This document shows positions 56,656 to 64,000 of a stretch of 64,000 bases of DNA, in pieces. Numbering within the stretch: the first letter of the stretch is position 1; the number at the start of each line of letters is the position of its first letter. The position numbers and the translations under genes were made by a program. The stretch comes from Spirochaetales bacterium (GTDB taxonomy: Bacteria; Spirochaetota; Spirochaetia; Treponematales; UBA12059). The DNA is taken from NCBI GenBank assembly GCA_016928955.1, contig JAFGJV010000049.1:3624-67623 (forward strand), given 5' to 3'. The notes under the pieces were generated by a model that had not been told where the DNA came from, did not search any database, and worked only from the letters and a program-made list of their open reading frames with translations.

Positions 56656-57906
56656 ATGAACTGGATCATGGACATGGCCCTCAGGAACATCAGGCGCAAT
56701 ACACGGCGCACGGTTCTGGCGGCCGCCTCCATTGCCCTGTCGGTGATGCTGATGACCTTTCTGGCGGGCTTTGTGGCCGGCGTGCTGGACAACATGGTCA
56801 AGAACCTGACCAAGAACGAGACCGGCCACGTGCGGGTCATCGCTACCGGCTACTACCAGCGCGAGCGCTTCAGGCCCATAGACGAGCTGGTTCCCGACCC
56901 TGACGCCGTGATGCGCGCCATTGAGGGCATAGAGAAACTGCCGGGAGGCCTGGCAACGGTGACCGACCGCATCATGTTCGGCACGCTCCTGTCCAACGGG
57001 CCCAATACCAAGGCTGCGGTCGGTTTTGCGGGCGACGCGGCCAAGGAGGCCCAGCTCTTTGACCTGGACAGGAGCCTGACCGATGGCCGCTACATAGACG
57101 GGCCTGGCCAGGTAATCATAGGCGCGGGTCTGGCCGACGACCTGGGCTTTGGCGTGGGCGATACGGTGCGCGTGGTAAGCACCGGCGCCGACTACGCCCT
57201 GCACCTCAAGCGCTTCACGATCGTGGGCCTGTTCGGAACAGGCCTTTCTCAGCTGGACGAGAGCTTCTTCCAGCTGCCCGTTGCCGACGCCCAAGACTTC
57301 CTGCGGACGGGCGGCGGCTCGCAGCAGGTGCTGGTGATGCTCAACGACTACCGCAAAGCCGACCAGGCGGCGGAAGCCATACGGGCGGCCCTGGCCGGTG
57401 TGCCGGGAACGGAAGGAATCGTGGTGCAGGCCTGGACCGAGGTGGGCGACTTTCCCCGCTTGATACGGATGATGGAGGGCATATACCGCTACATTTTCAT
57501 CGTCATAGCCTTCCTGGGCGCTTTCATCATCACGAACATACTCATGATGGTTGTACTGGAGCGCCGCAAGGAAATTGGCATCCTCAAGGCCCTGGGCTTG
57601 CGGCGCCGCGACGTGCTGGGCCTTTTCCTGGCGGAGGGCGCCCTGATGGGCGCCATAGGGAGCGGTATCGGGGCGGCGCTCGGCATGGGCCTGTGCTGGG
57701 TGTCTTCCAAGGTGGGCCTGGATTTCAGCTCGGCCATGAGCTCGGTCAACTTCCCCATGGACCCGGTGTTCTATTCCCGCTTCAACCTGGCCGACGGGGC
57801 CCTGATGTTCGCCCTAGGCTTCCTGGTGTCCGTGGTTATGTCCATCACGCCGTCGCGCCGCGCGGCGACCATGAACGCGGTAGACGCCATCAAGAGCGTG
57901 GCGTAA
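56656..57906 (+). CDS. FtsX-like ABC permease (second copy)
   Basis: Same architecture as the preceding permease. Confidence 0.75.
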   Translation: MNWIMDMALRNIRRNTRRTVLAAASIALSVMLMTFLAGFVAGVLDNMVKNLTKNETGHVRVIATGYYQRERFRPIDELVPDPDAVMRAIEGIEKLPGGLATVTDRIMFGTLLSNGPNTKAAVGFAGDAAKEAQLFDLDRSLTDGRYIDGPGQVIIGAGLADDLGFGVGDTVRVVSTGADYALHLKRFTIVGLFGTGLSQLDESFFQLPVADAQDFLRTGGGSQQVLVMLNDYRKADQAAEAIRAALAGVPGTEGIVVQAWTEVGDFPRLIRMMEGIYRYIFIVIAFLGAFIITNILMMVVLERRKEIGILKALGLRRRDVLGLFLAEGALMGAIGSGIGAALGMGLCWVSSKVGLDFSSAMSSVNFPMDPVFYSRFNLADGALMFALGFLVSVVMSITPSRRAATMNAVDAIKSVA

Positions 57907-57919
57907 GGAGACAGGTACT

Positions 57920-58672
57920 ATGAGAAAGACGATACAGGCGACGCTTGTCGCCGGAATATTCGCCGCGGCCCTGGCTGCCCAGGAGGCCCTGCCGGAGCTG
58001 GCGGGGGATGAGATCATGCGGCGCGTGGACGCCAACCTGGCGGCCGGCAGCATCGCCTACTCGGGCGTGATGGAGATCGACCTGGGACACCGGACTCTGC
58101 GCAAGGAAATGCGCGTGGTAGCCCAGGGCCAGGACCGGTCTTTTGTGGAATTCGTCAACCCGGAGGACGAGGGCGTCCGCTATCTCAAGATAGGCGACGA
58201 GCTGTGGATGTATTTCCCTGAGGAAGGCGACACGGTCAAGATATCCGGCCATCTCCTGAAGGAAGGCATGATGGGCTCGGACCTGTCCTACGAGGACACG
58301 CTGGAGTCGGGCGCTCTCACCGACAAGTACGACATCACGGTGAGCGGCACCGAGGAGCTGGACGGCCGGCCGTGCTACGTGCTCGAACTGAGCGCCAAGG
58401 TCAGGGACGTCAGCTACGAGCGGCAGAAATTCTGGGTGGACGGCCAGCGCTTTGTGGTACTCAAGTCGGAGATGTATGCCAAGAGCGGCAAGCTCCTCAA
58501 GGAAAGCCGGGTGCTTGCGGTCAAGGCCTTTGGGAAGCGCTGGTACCCCGTCACGGTCATGATGAAAGACCTCCTCAAGAAGGGCGGCGGCACCGTGTTC
58601 ACCATGACCGACGTGCGCTTTGACGTGAGCCTGCCAGACGACATGTTCAGCCTCAGGCGGCTGGGGCGCTGA
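57920..58672 (+). CDS. LolA-like outer-membrane lipoprotein-sorting-like protein
   Basis: Signal peptide. The LolA_like pattern (YSGVMEIDLGHRTLRKEMRVV...RQKFWVD). AAGGAG RBS. Confidence 0.6.
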   Translation: MRKTIQATLVAGIFAAALAAQEALPELAGDEIMRRVDANLAAGSIAYSGVMEIDLGHRTLRKEMRVVAQGQDRSFVEFVNPEDEGVRYLKIGDELWMYFPEEGDTVKISGHLLKEGMMGSDLSYEDTLESGALTDKYDITVSGTEELDGRPCYVLELSAKVRDVSYERQKFWVDGQRFVVLKSEMYAKSGKLLKESRVLAVKAFGKRWYPVTVMMKDLLKKGGGTVFTMTDVRFDVSLPDDMFSLRRLGR

Positions 58673-58673
58673 C

Positions 58674-59867
58674 GTGCGGGCGCTAGCGCTTATCCTGGCG
58701 ACGCTCGTGGCCCTGCCGCTGTCCGCCCAGGACGCAGGCGCGGCCGGAGCGGAGGAATTTGATCCGGACGCCTTCTTTGCGCCGGCCGCTCACGGGGACG
58801 ACGGCGGCGTGTCGCTGTCCGGCCGTGCCACGGCCACGGCCATAGGCATGCTCACGGAACCCTGGGACCCAGATGTACGGGCCGCCGGGTATTCGGCCGT
58901 GACGGCCTTCCAGCTTGACGCAGAGGCCGGCAGCCCCGGCGTGTCCGATGTGGATGCGTCGGTGGTGCTCAGCATGTACCACGGCCAGGCGGCCACGGCC
59001 GCCCTGATGGCGCCCGGAGCGGCCGTGTACCACAGCGGCTCGCAGGGAACAGCCGTGGGCTTTGAGCTTGCGACCCTGCGCCTGGCCGTATATGCCCCCT
59101 GGGCGGATTTTTCCGTGGGCCGCATGCCGGTCAACTTTGGCCGCGGTACCGTTTTGTCGCCCGTGGACATTTTTTCGCCAGTCAACACGGGAGACCTGGC
59201 CTTGGGCCGGACGGGCACCGATGCGTTCAGGATGCTGGTGCCCCTCGGTACCACCGGCGGCCTGGACGCCGTGGCCAGCCTAGCCGCCGAGCCCGGGGAC
59301 TCGGTGGCGGGAGCCCGCGTATACGGCAACCTGGCCGGATTGGACGCAGGCTTGTCCCTGTTCCGTGACGGGGCGGCAGGCCAGGCCGTCTTTGGGCTTG
59401 ACCTGAAGGCCGACCTGGTCCTGGGCCTGTGCGCTGAGGCCGTGGCCAGGATGCGTCTGGACGGCTGGACGCCAGATCCCGCGGACGCCGTGTACAGCGT
59501 TATGGCCGGAGCCGACTACTCCTTTGGCGGAGCCGTTGTTGTGGACGCCGAGTACCAGTGGCATGTCGTCCGGGGCGCCGCCGTCCCGGTAGGCACGTTC
59601 CGGGCCGAGCATACGGCCTTCCTGTCCCTGTCATGGGCGGTGGACGACGCGAACGCCCTTGATGTCAGGGGCCTGTGGTCGCCATCCAACGACGCATGGC
59701 AGACCACGGTGGCCTGGTCGGCGAGCGTCGACAGGGGCCTGGGCGTGGTGGCCTACGCCCTCTGGCGCTCCGGTGACTTGGAAGGCATGTTCCAGGGCTT
59801 GCCTGCTCCTCCGGAAGCCCTGGCCGAACGCCTGGCCGCAGGCGTTATGGTGTCGCTGGATTTCTGA
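58674..59867 (+). CDS. Hypothetical secreted / outer-membrane protein (beta-rich, G/A-rich)
   Basis: Signal peptide MRALALILATLVALPLSAQ. Alternating hydrophobic residues. A C-terminal aromatic residue (LDF). Confidence 0.5.
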   Translation: MRALALILATLVALPLSAQDAGAAGAEEFDPDAFFAPAAHGDDGGVSLSGRATATAIGMLTEPWDPDVRAAGYSAVTAFQLDAEAGSPGVSDVDASVVLSMYHGQAATAALMAPGAAVYHSGSQGTAVGFELATLRLAVYAPWADFSVGRMPVNFGRGTVLSPVDIFSPVNTGDLALGRTGTDAFRMLVPLGTTGGLDAVASLAAEPGDSVAGARVYGNLAGLDAGLSLFRDGAAGQAVFGLDLKADLVLGLCAEAVARMRLDGWTPDPADAVYSVMAGADYSFGGAVVVDAEYQWHVVRGAAVPVGTFRAEHTAFLSLSWAVDDANALDVRGLWSPSNDAWQTTVAWSASVDRGLGVVAYALWRSGDLEGMFQGLPAPPEALAERLAAGVMVSLDF

Positions 59868-59895
59868 TCTTGCGCACGGTCCGTTGCGTTTGTGG

Positions 59896-59924
59896 AACCC
59901 GGCCTGTGCGCCGGGTTTTTTATT
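59896..59924 (+). terminator. Rho-independent terminator (AACCCGGC...GCCGGGTT plus TTTTTTATT)
   Basis: Hairpin plus U-tract read directly, after the outer-membrane gene. Confidence 0.65.
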
Positions 59925-59955
59925 AAAATATCTTGACTAGCATCATACCTTGCAA

Positions 59956-59971
59956 TACATTGTATCGTGTA
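59956..59971 (+). promoter_or_regulatory. Candidate PadR operator TACA-N8-TGTA (embedded in the ATACATTGTAT palindrome), downstream of a TTGACT -35-like hexamer
   Basis: Inverted repeat with the 8-nt spacing characteristic of PadR boxes, read directly. Confidence 0.35.
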
Positions 59972-60060
59972 CTGACGGGCTGGCCATCAAGGCGGCCTGG
60001 AAAACCCTTGGCCGCGCGTTATAGGCGGCCAAAAGGCGGGGCTGGTGGCCCCGGGGAGGT

Positions 60061-60525
60061 ATGATGCCGGAATCCGACATGTTTTCGGACGATTTAGGGA
60101 AGGCGCTGGAAAAATGGCGTTCCCAGAGCAGAAAGGGCTTTTTGGAGCTCTGCCTGCTGGCCTGCGTCAAGGGCGCAGGCAGAAGTTACGGTTTTGCCAT
60201 GCTGGACAGCATGGCCGGAGCCGGTCTGGACGTGGGCGAGGGGTCCCTGTATCCCCTGCTGGCCCGCCTGGTGAGGGAAGGCGTCCTGGACGCCGCCTGG
60301 GATACGCCCCCGGAAGGCCACCCGCGCAAGTACTACAAGCTATCGTCCTTCGGCGAACGCTACCTTGAGCGGCTCGGACAGGAGCGCGACAAGGACCAGA
60401 AGGCGTACAAGGCCATACTGTCCGGGGCGTGCGCGTCGTCAGAGCGTCCACGGGGCGGCGCGGGCGGATCGGGCGGAGCGGGAGCGCGGCTGATAGTCAA
60501 CTACAAGATCGGGGGGCTGGAATGA
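60061..60525 (+). CDS. PadR family transcriptional regulator
   Basis: wHTH pattern GYELCLLACVKGAGRSYGFAMLD...GSLYPLLARLVREGVLD...RKYYKLS. Confidence 0.8.
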   Translation: MMPESDMFSDDLGKALEKWRSQSRKGFLELCLLACVKGAGRSYGFAMLDSMAGAGLDVGEGSLYPLLARLVREGVLDAAWDTPPEGHPRKYYKLSSFGERYLERLGQERDKDQKAYKAILSGACASSERPRGGAGGSGGAGARLIVNYKIGGLE

Positions 60526-61532
60526 CCAAGAAGCAGTATTTGGACGAGCTGGAATCCCAGCTCTATTTCCTGGACGAAGCCGCGCGGACCGACGTCCTGC
60601 GCGAGTTCGAGAGCCACATGGATGACACCCAGGCGGCCCGACCCGAGCTTGACGAGGCACAGATCGTGGATCGCCTGCCTCCGCCTGCCAGCGTGGCGGC
60701 CTCCTACTACAGCGAGGGCGCCGAGCGCCAGTCCAAGGAAGATGAGCGCGGCCGGAAGAAGGGCGGATTCCGCTTCTCGCTCGGCGGGATGGAGCGCCTG
60801 TTCCGTTTTGCCAGGCGCGACGAGCGCGAGCTTTCGGGCGACGACGTGGGGGTCGAGCGCGTGGAATGCACGCTGGTGGCCTGCGACGTGAGCGCCGTGC
60901 CCGGCGACGGTTTTTCTTACCGGATAAGCGGTCGCTGGGATGACGGCGACGAACCCAGGATCACGCGGCAGGGCGGCGTGTGGAAGCTGGACGGGGGCAA
61001 CGACGCAGACAGCCTGGAACTGACCCTGCCGCCCGGCCTGGTCGAGCTGATCGTGAGCACGGTGTCCGGCGACGTGAACGCGTCCCTGCCCGAGGGAGCA
61101 AATATCGCTGTCCGCACGGCATCGGGCGACGTGAGCTGTACCGTGGCGGGGGGCGCATTGACCGTGGGCACGGCATCAGGCGACGTCAGCGTCAAGGGCT
61201 CGACCACCGACGCTGAGGTGAGCTCGGCGTCCGGCGACCTGTCCATACGCGGGATAACGGGCAGGCTCAAGGCTGGTACCCAGTCCGGCGACGTTTCTGT
61301 GTACTGCGCAGATCCGGACGCCGACGTGGACGCCAGCACCCTGTCCGGCGACGTGTCCGTCCACCTTGCCGAGGGATCCGCCGCCGAGATCTCGGCGGAA
61401 AGCGTGTCCGGCGATGTGTCCGCGCCCGGGGCGCGGCGCGGGGCGGGACTGGTTGGCGCAAAAATGCTGCGTGAAGGCGGCCCCGCGCGGGTAAGCGCCA
61501 AGAGTGTGTCCGGCGACGTCAGCGTGCGCTGA
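60522..61532 (+). CDS. Fused DUF1700-like (N-terminal) / DUF4097 'SGDV-repeat' (C-terminal) protein, PadR-associated
   Basis: N-terminus YLDELESQLYFLDEAARTDVLREFESHM. At least 10 SGDVS/SGDVN repeats in the C-terminus. ATGA overlap with the PadR stop. No obvious TM segment. Confidence 0.6.
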   Translation: MTKKQYLDELESQLYFLDEAARTDVLREFESHMDDTQAARPELDEAQIVDRLPPPASVAASYYSEGAERQSKEDERGRKKGGFRFSLGGMERLFRFARRDERELSGDDVGVERVECTLVACDVSAVPGDGFSYRISGRWDDGDEPRITRQGGVWKLDGGNDADSLELTLPPGLVELIVSTVSGDVNASLPEGANIAVRTASGDVSCTVAGGALTVGTASGDVSVKGSTTDAEVSSASGDLSIRGITGRLKAGTQSGDVSVYCADPDADVDASTLSGDVSVHLAEGSAAEISAESVSGDVSAPGARRGAGLVGAKMLREGGPARVSAKSVSGDVSVR

Positions 61533-61549
61533 AGCGAATAGTTGCGTAA

Positions 61550-61588
61550 CGCGCCCGCCTTTCCTTATGGAACGGCGGGCGTTATTCT
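61550..61588 (+). terminator. Rho-independent terminator (CGCCCGCC...GGCGGGCG plus TTATTCT)
   Basis: Hairpin read directly. Weak U-tract. Confidence 0.45.
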
Positions 61589-61594
61589 ATACCC

Positions 61595-62233
61595 ATGAAG
61601 TACCTGACTGTAATTATCATGTTAATGGCAGCCTCGTGTGCCGCTGACACCGGTGGGGCGGCTGTTGCGGGAGGGACGAGCATGGAGGGTCAGACCATGG
61701 ACAGGACGGGGCTGGAATCGTTGGTGCTGGGCGGCGGGTGTTTCTGGTGCCTGGAGGCGGCCTATGAACTGGTGCCCGGCGTCAAGGACGTGGAATCCGG
61801 CTACGCGGGCGGCTCGAGGGAGAACCCGAGCTACGAGCAGGTATCAACGGGCCTAACCGGCCATGCCGAGGTGGTACGGGTGTGGTTCGATCCTGGGGAG
61901 GTCGATCTTGGGCGCCTGTTCGAGCTGTTCTGGAAAGTCCACGACCCGACCACGGAGGACAGGCAGGGCGCCGACGTGGGCACTCAGTACCGTTCCATCA
62001 TCCTGTATCAGGGCGACGCGCAGAAAACAGCCGCAGAGCTGGCCGTCACACAGGCGTCGGCCACGTTCCGCGACCCCATCGTCACCGACGTGGAGCCTCT
62101 CGGCGTGTTCTGGCCGGCGGAAGACTACCACCAGGATTTTTACCGCAAGAATCCCGAGTACGGGTATTGCCGGGTTGTCGTCGCGCCCAAGGTGGACAAG
62201 ACCAAGGCTTTTATCGGGGATATGAATCGCTAG
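61595..62233 (+). CDS. msrA: Peptide-methionine (S)-S-oxide reductase, exported/lipoprotein form
   Basis: GGGCFWCLE active site. Signal peptide MKYLTVIIMLMAASCAA. Confidence 0.85.
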   Translation: MKYLTVIIMLMAASCAADTGGAAVAGGTSMEGQTMDRTGLESLVLGGGCFWCLEAAYELVPGVKDVESGYAGGSRENPSYEQVSTGLTGHAEVVRVWFDPGEVDLGRLFELFWKVHDPTTEDRQGADVGTQYRSIILYQGDAQKTAAELAVTQASATFRDPIVTDVEPLGVFWPAEDYHQDFYRKNPEYGYCRVVVAPKVDKTKAFIGDMNR

Positions 62234-62303
62234 CAGCCTGTGGGGCTGGGGCCCGGTTTATGGGCCTTGGCCCGTTATGCCCCTTGTGTGCTAAAATACG
62301 GCC

Positions 62304-62942
62304 ATGAAACGCTTATTCATGGCAGGGGCCCTAACGCTCCTGGCGGTGGGTGCCTGGGCCCACCCGCACGTGTTCATACAGGCCACGCTGAATTTCGAGT
62401 TTGAAGGTTCGTCCTGCGTGGGCTTTTGGGAGGAGTGGACCTTTGACGCGGTGTTCAGCGCCGAGCTGGCCCACAATTTTGACCTGGACGGCAATGGCGC
62501 GTTCAGCGATGCCGAGCAGCAGAAGATACACAACGGAGCCTTCATCAACCTGAGAAAATACGGCTTTTATACGCTGATACGCTCGGGTTCGACGCGCAAG
62601 AGTCCCCAGGCGGTGGAGAGCTTCAGCGCAACTCTGCGGGACGGCAGGGCCGTGTACCGTTTCTACGTTCCGCTGGACGACGCGTTGGCCGCCGGCGACT
62701 TCAGCGTCGCCATATTCGACACCACCTACTACAGCGCCATCCAGTACCCGGAAAGCTTTGCCGCGGGCACGCAGAAGCGTGCTGGGTATAGCCTGCCCAG
62801 CTTCAGCCGCCAGGTGGACAAGCGCTATCCCGTGTACTACAACCCCAGCGGCGGCGCCCAGGACATGACCACCTATTCCAAGCCCGGCCCCGGCCTTCAG
62901 ACCGCCTATCCGGAGGAAATCCTTGTCAGTTTTGGAGGCTGA
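62304..62942 (+). CDS. DUF1007-family periplasmic protein
   Basis: Signal peptide followed by HPHVFIQ, as in the DUF1007 proteins that pair with NicO transporters. Confidence 0.65.
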   Translation: MKRLFMAGALTLLAVGAWAHPHVFIQATLNFEFEGSSCVGFWEEWTFDAVFSAELAHNFDLDGNGAFSDAEQQKIHNGAFINLRKYGFYTLIRSGSTRKSPQAVESFSATLRDGRAVYRFYVPLDDALAAGDFSVAIFDTTYYSAIQYPESFAAGTQKRAGYSLPSFSRQVDKRYPVYYNPSGGAQDMTTYSKPGPGLQTAYPEEILVSFGG

Positions 62943-63879
62943 GCCGGCGCCTGACGGCGGGAACGATGGCCGGTTCGCGCGCCCGCGTGTGGGCCGGGTG
63001 CTGGCGGCCACGCTCCTGGCCCTGGTCATGGGCGCGGCCGTCTGGGCCAACCCGTTTTATGGCACCGCCGAGGGGGAGCCCCAAGCCCCGGTTTCTGCCA
63101 CCCGGGGAGCGTCCGGCCCCCTGGTCGAACTCCAGCGCCGTTTCCGGGACAGCCTGGCCGACGCTTTTGGCTCGGCGCAGACCGAGGGAGCGGCGTCGTC
63201 CCTGGCCGCCGTCTTGGGTTTGGCCTTCCTGTATGGACTAGCCCACGCGGCCGGGCCCGGCCACCGCAAGACCGTGGTGTTTTCTCTGTTCCTCGGTTCC
63301 AAGAGAAAAGCTTGGGAACCCATGGCCGCCGGGCTTCTGGCGGCCACAACCCACACCCTGTCAGGCGGCCTCCTCATCCTTGCCCTGTCTGTCATCAGGG
63401 GCATGCTGGCGTCGCTGGCGTCTGCCGAAGCCGTGATGGTGTGGATGGACGGAATAAGCCTTGTCATCCTGGCGGCCCTGGGTCTTACCCTGGCCATCAT
63501 CAAGATTGTCCGCCTTGCCAAGGGGAGCGCGCACAACCACGCCGCCAAGGGCCGGGGAACATACGGCATCATATTTTTCTCCAGCCTGGTCCCCTGCACG
63601 GGCACCATCATGGTGTTGCTCTTTGCCCTGTACATGGACGCCATAGTTCTGGGGTTGTTGGCCTTGGTGGCCATAGCCCTTGGCCAGGCCGTGATCGTGG
63701 CCCTGGCGGCCTATCTGGCCTGGTTCGGCAGGGAAGGGCTGTTTGGCAGGCTCAAGGCCAAGGAGCGCCTGGTGGCCAACATATCGGGCGCCCTTGAGGT
63801 GCTGTCGTACGCGGCCATCACGGTGTTCTCGCTGTGGGCCGCCTGGCCCTTCCTGCTCTCGGTAACGGGCCTGGCTTGA
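62923..63879 (+). CDS. NicO/RcnA-like nickel/cobalt transporter-family membrane protein (variant HAAGPGH motif)
   Basis: Six TM helices. Signature LAHAAGPGH in TM2. A His-rich loop (SAHNHAAKGRG). Confidence 0.6.
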   Translation: MSVLEAEPAPDGGNDGRFARPRVGRVLAATLLALVMGAAVWANPFYGTAEGEPQAPVSATRGASGPLVELQRRFRDSLADAFGSAQTEGAASSLAAVLGLAFLYGLAHAAGPGHRKTVVFSLFLGSKRKAWEPMAAGLLAATTHTLSGGLLILALSVIRGMLASLASAEAVMVWMDGISLVILAALGLTLAIIKIVRLAKGSAHNHAAKGRGTYGIIFFSSLVPCTGTIMVLLFALYMDAIVLGLLALVAIALGQAVIVALAAYLAWFGREGLFGRLKAKERLVANISGALEVLSYAAITVFSLWAAWPFLLSVTGLA

Positions 63880-63928
63880 CGGGCCTTGGCCTGAAAAAAA
63901 CCGCCGGGCAAGCGGGGGCCACTGAAAA

Positions 63929-63972
63929 AGACCGCGAAGTTGTGCAAGAGCATGACTTCGCGGTTTTCTTTT
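63929..63972 (+). terminator. Rho-independent terminator (ACCGCGAAGT...ACTTCGCGGT plus TTTTCTTTT)
   Basis: Hairpin plus U-tract read directly. Confidence 0.55.
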
Positions 63973-64000
63973 GGAAGCGCTTCGGTCGGAGGTGATGGAA

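Overview
High-GC (about 65-70%) bacterial chromosomal segment. The gene content (butyrate kinase/phosphate butyryltransferase with a four-subunit 2-oxoacid:ferredoxin oxidoreductase, many Fe-S proteins, a dCache methyl-accepting chemotaxis protein) suggests an anaerobic deltaproteobacterium of the Desulfovibrio type, but that is inference. The window is densely coding with about 70 genes, mostly housekeeping: aroK-aroA, Ada, tRNA-Asp and tRNA-Pro, tdh, buk-ptb-korDABG, ptsI, der, ileS and msrA. There are several accessory or regulatory modules: (i) a polyamine island with an Orn/Lys/Arg-family decarboxylase, a DDAH-like amidinohydrolase coupled to a class-I glutamine-amidotransferase-like hydrolase, and a translationally coupled speD-speE-NUDIX unit; (ii) two translationally coupled paralogous proteins with degenerate nucleotide-cyclase palm (GGDEF/CHD-like) domains; (iii) an EncFtn-type ferritin-like protein with no encapsulin shell gene; (iv) two tandem FHA-domain paralogs divergent from a YtrA-GntR/SPFH/MacB-like ABC/LolA-like envelope operon that has a perfect operator palindrome; (v) a PadR module whose partner is a fused DUF1700/DUF4097 protein; and (vi) a TetR/ABC-2 exporter operon ending in a 41-aa single-TM ORF that the >=60 aa ORF track misses. 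No CRISPR array, integrase or transposase was seen. Most of the large overlapping ORFs in the six-frame track are GC-rich alternative-frame artefacts.
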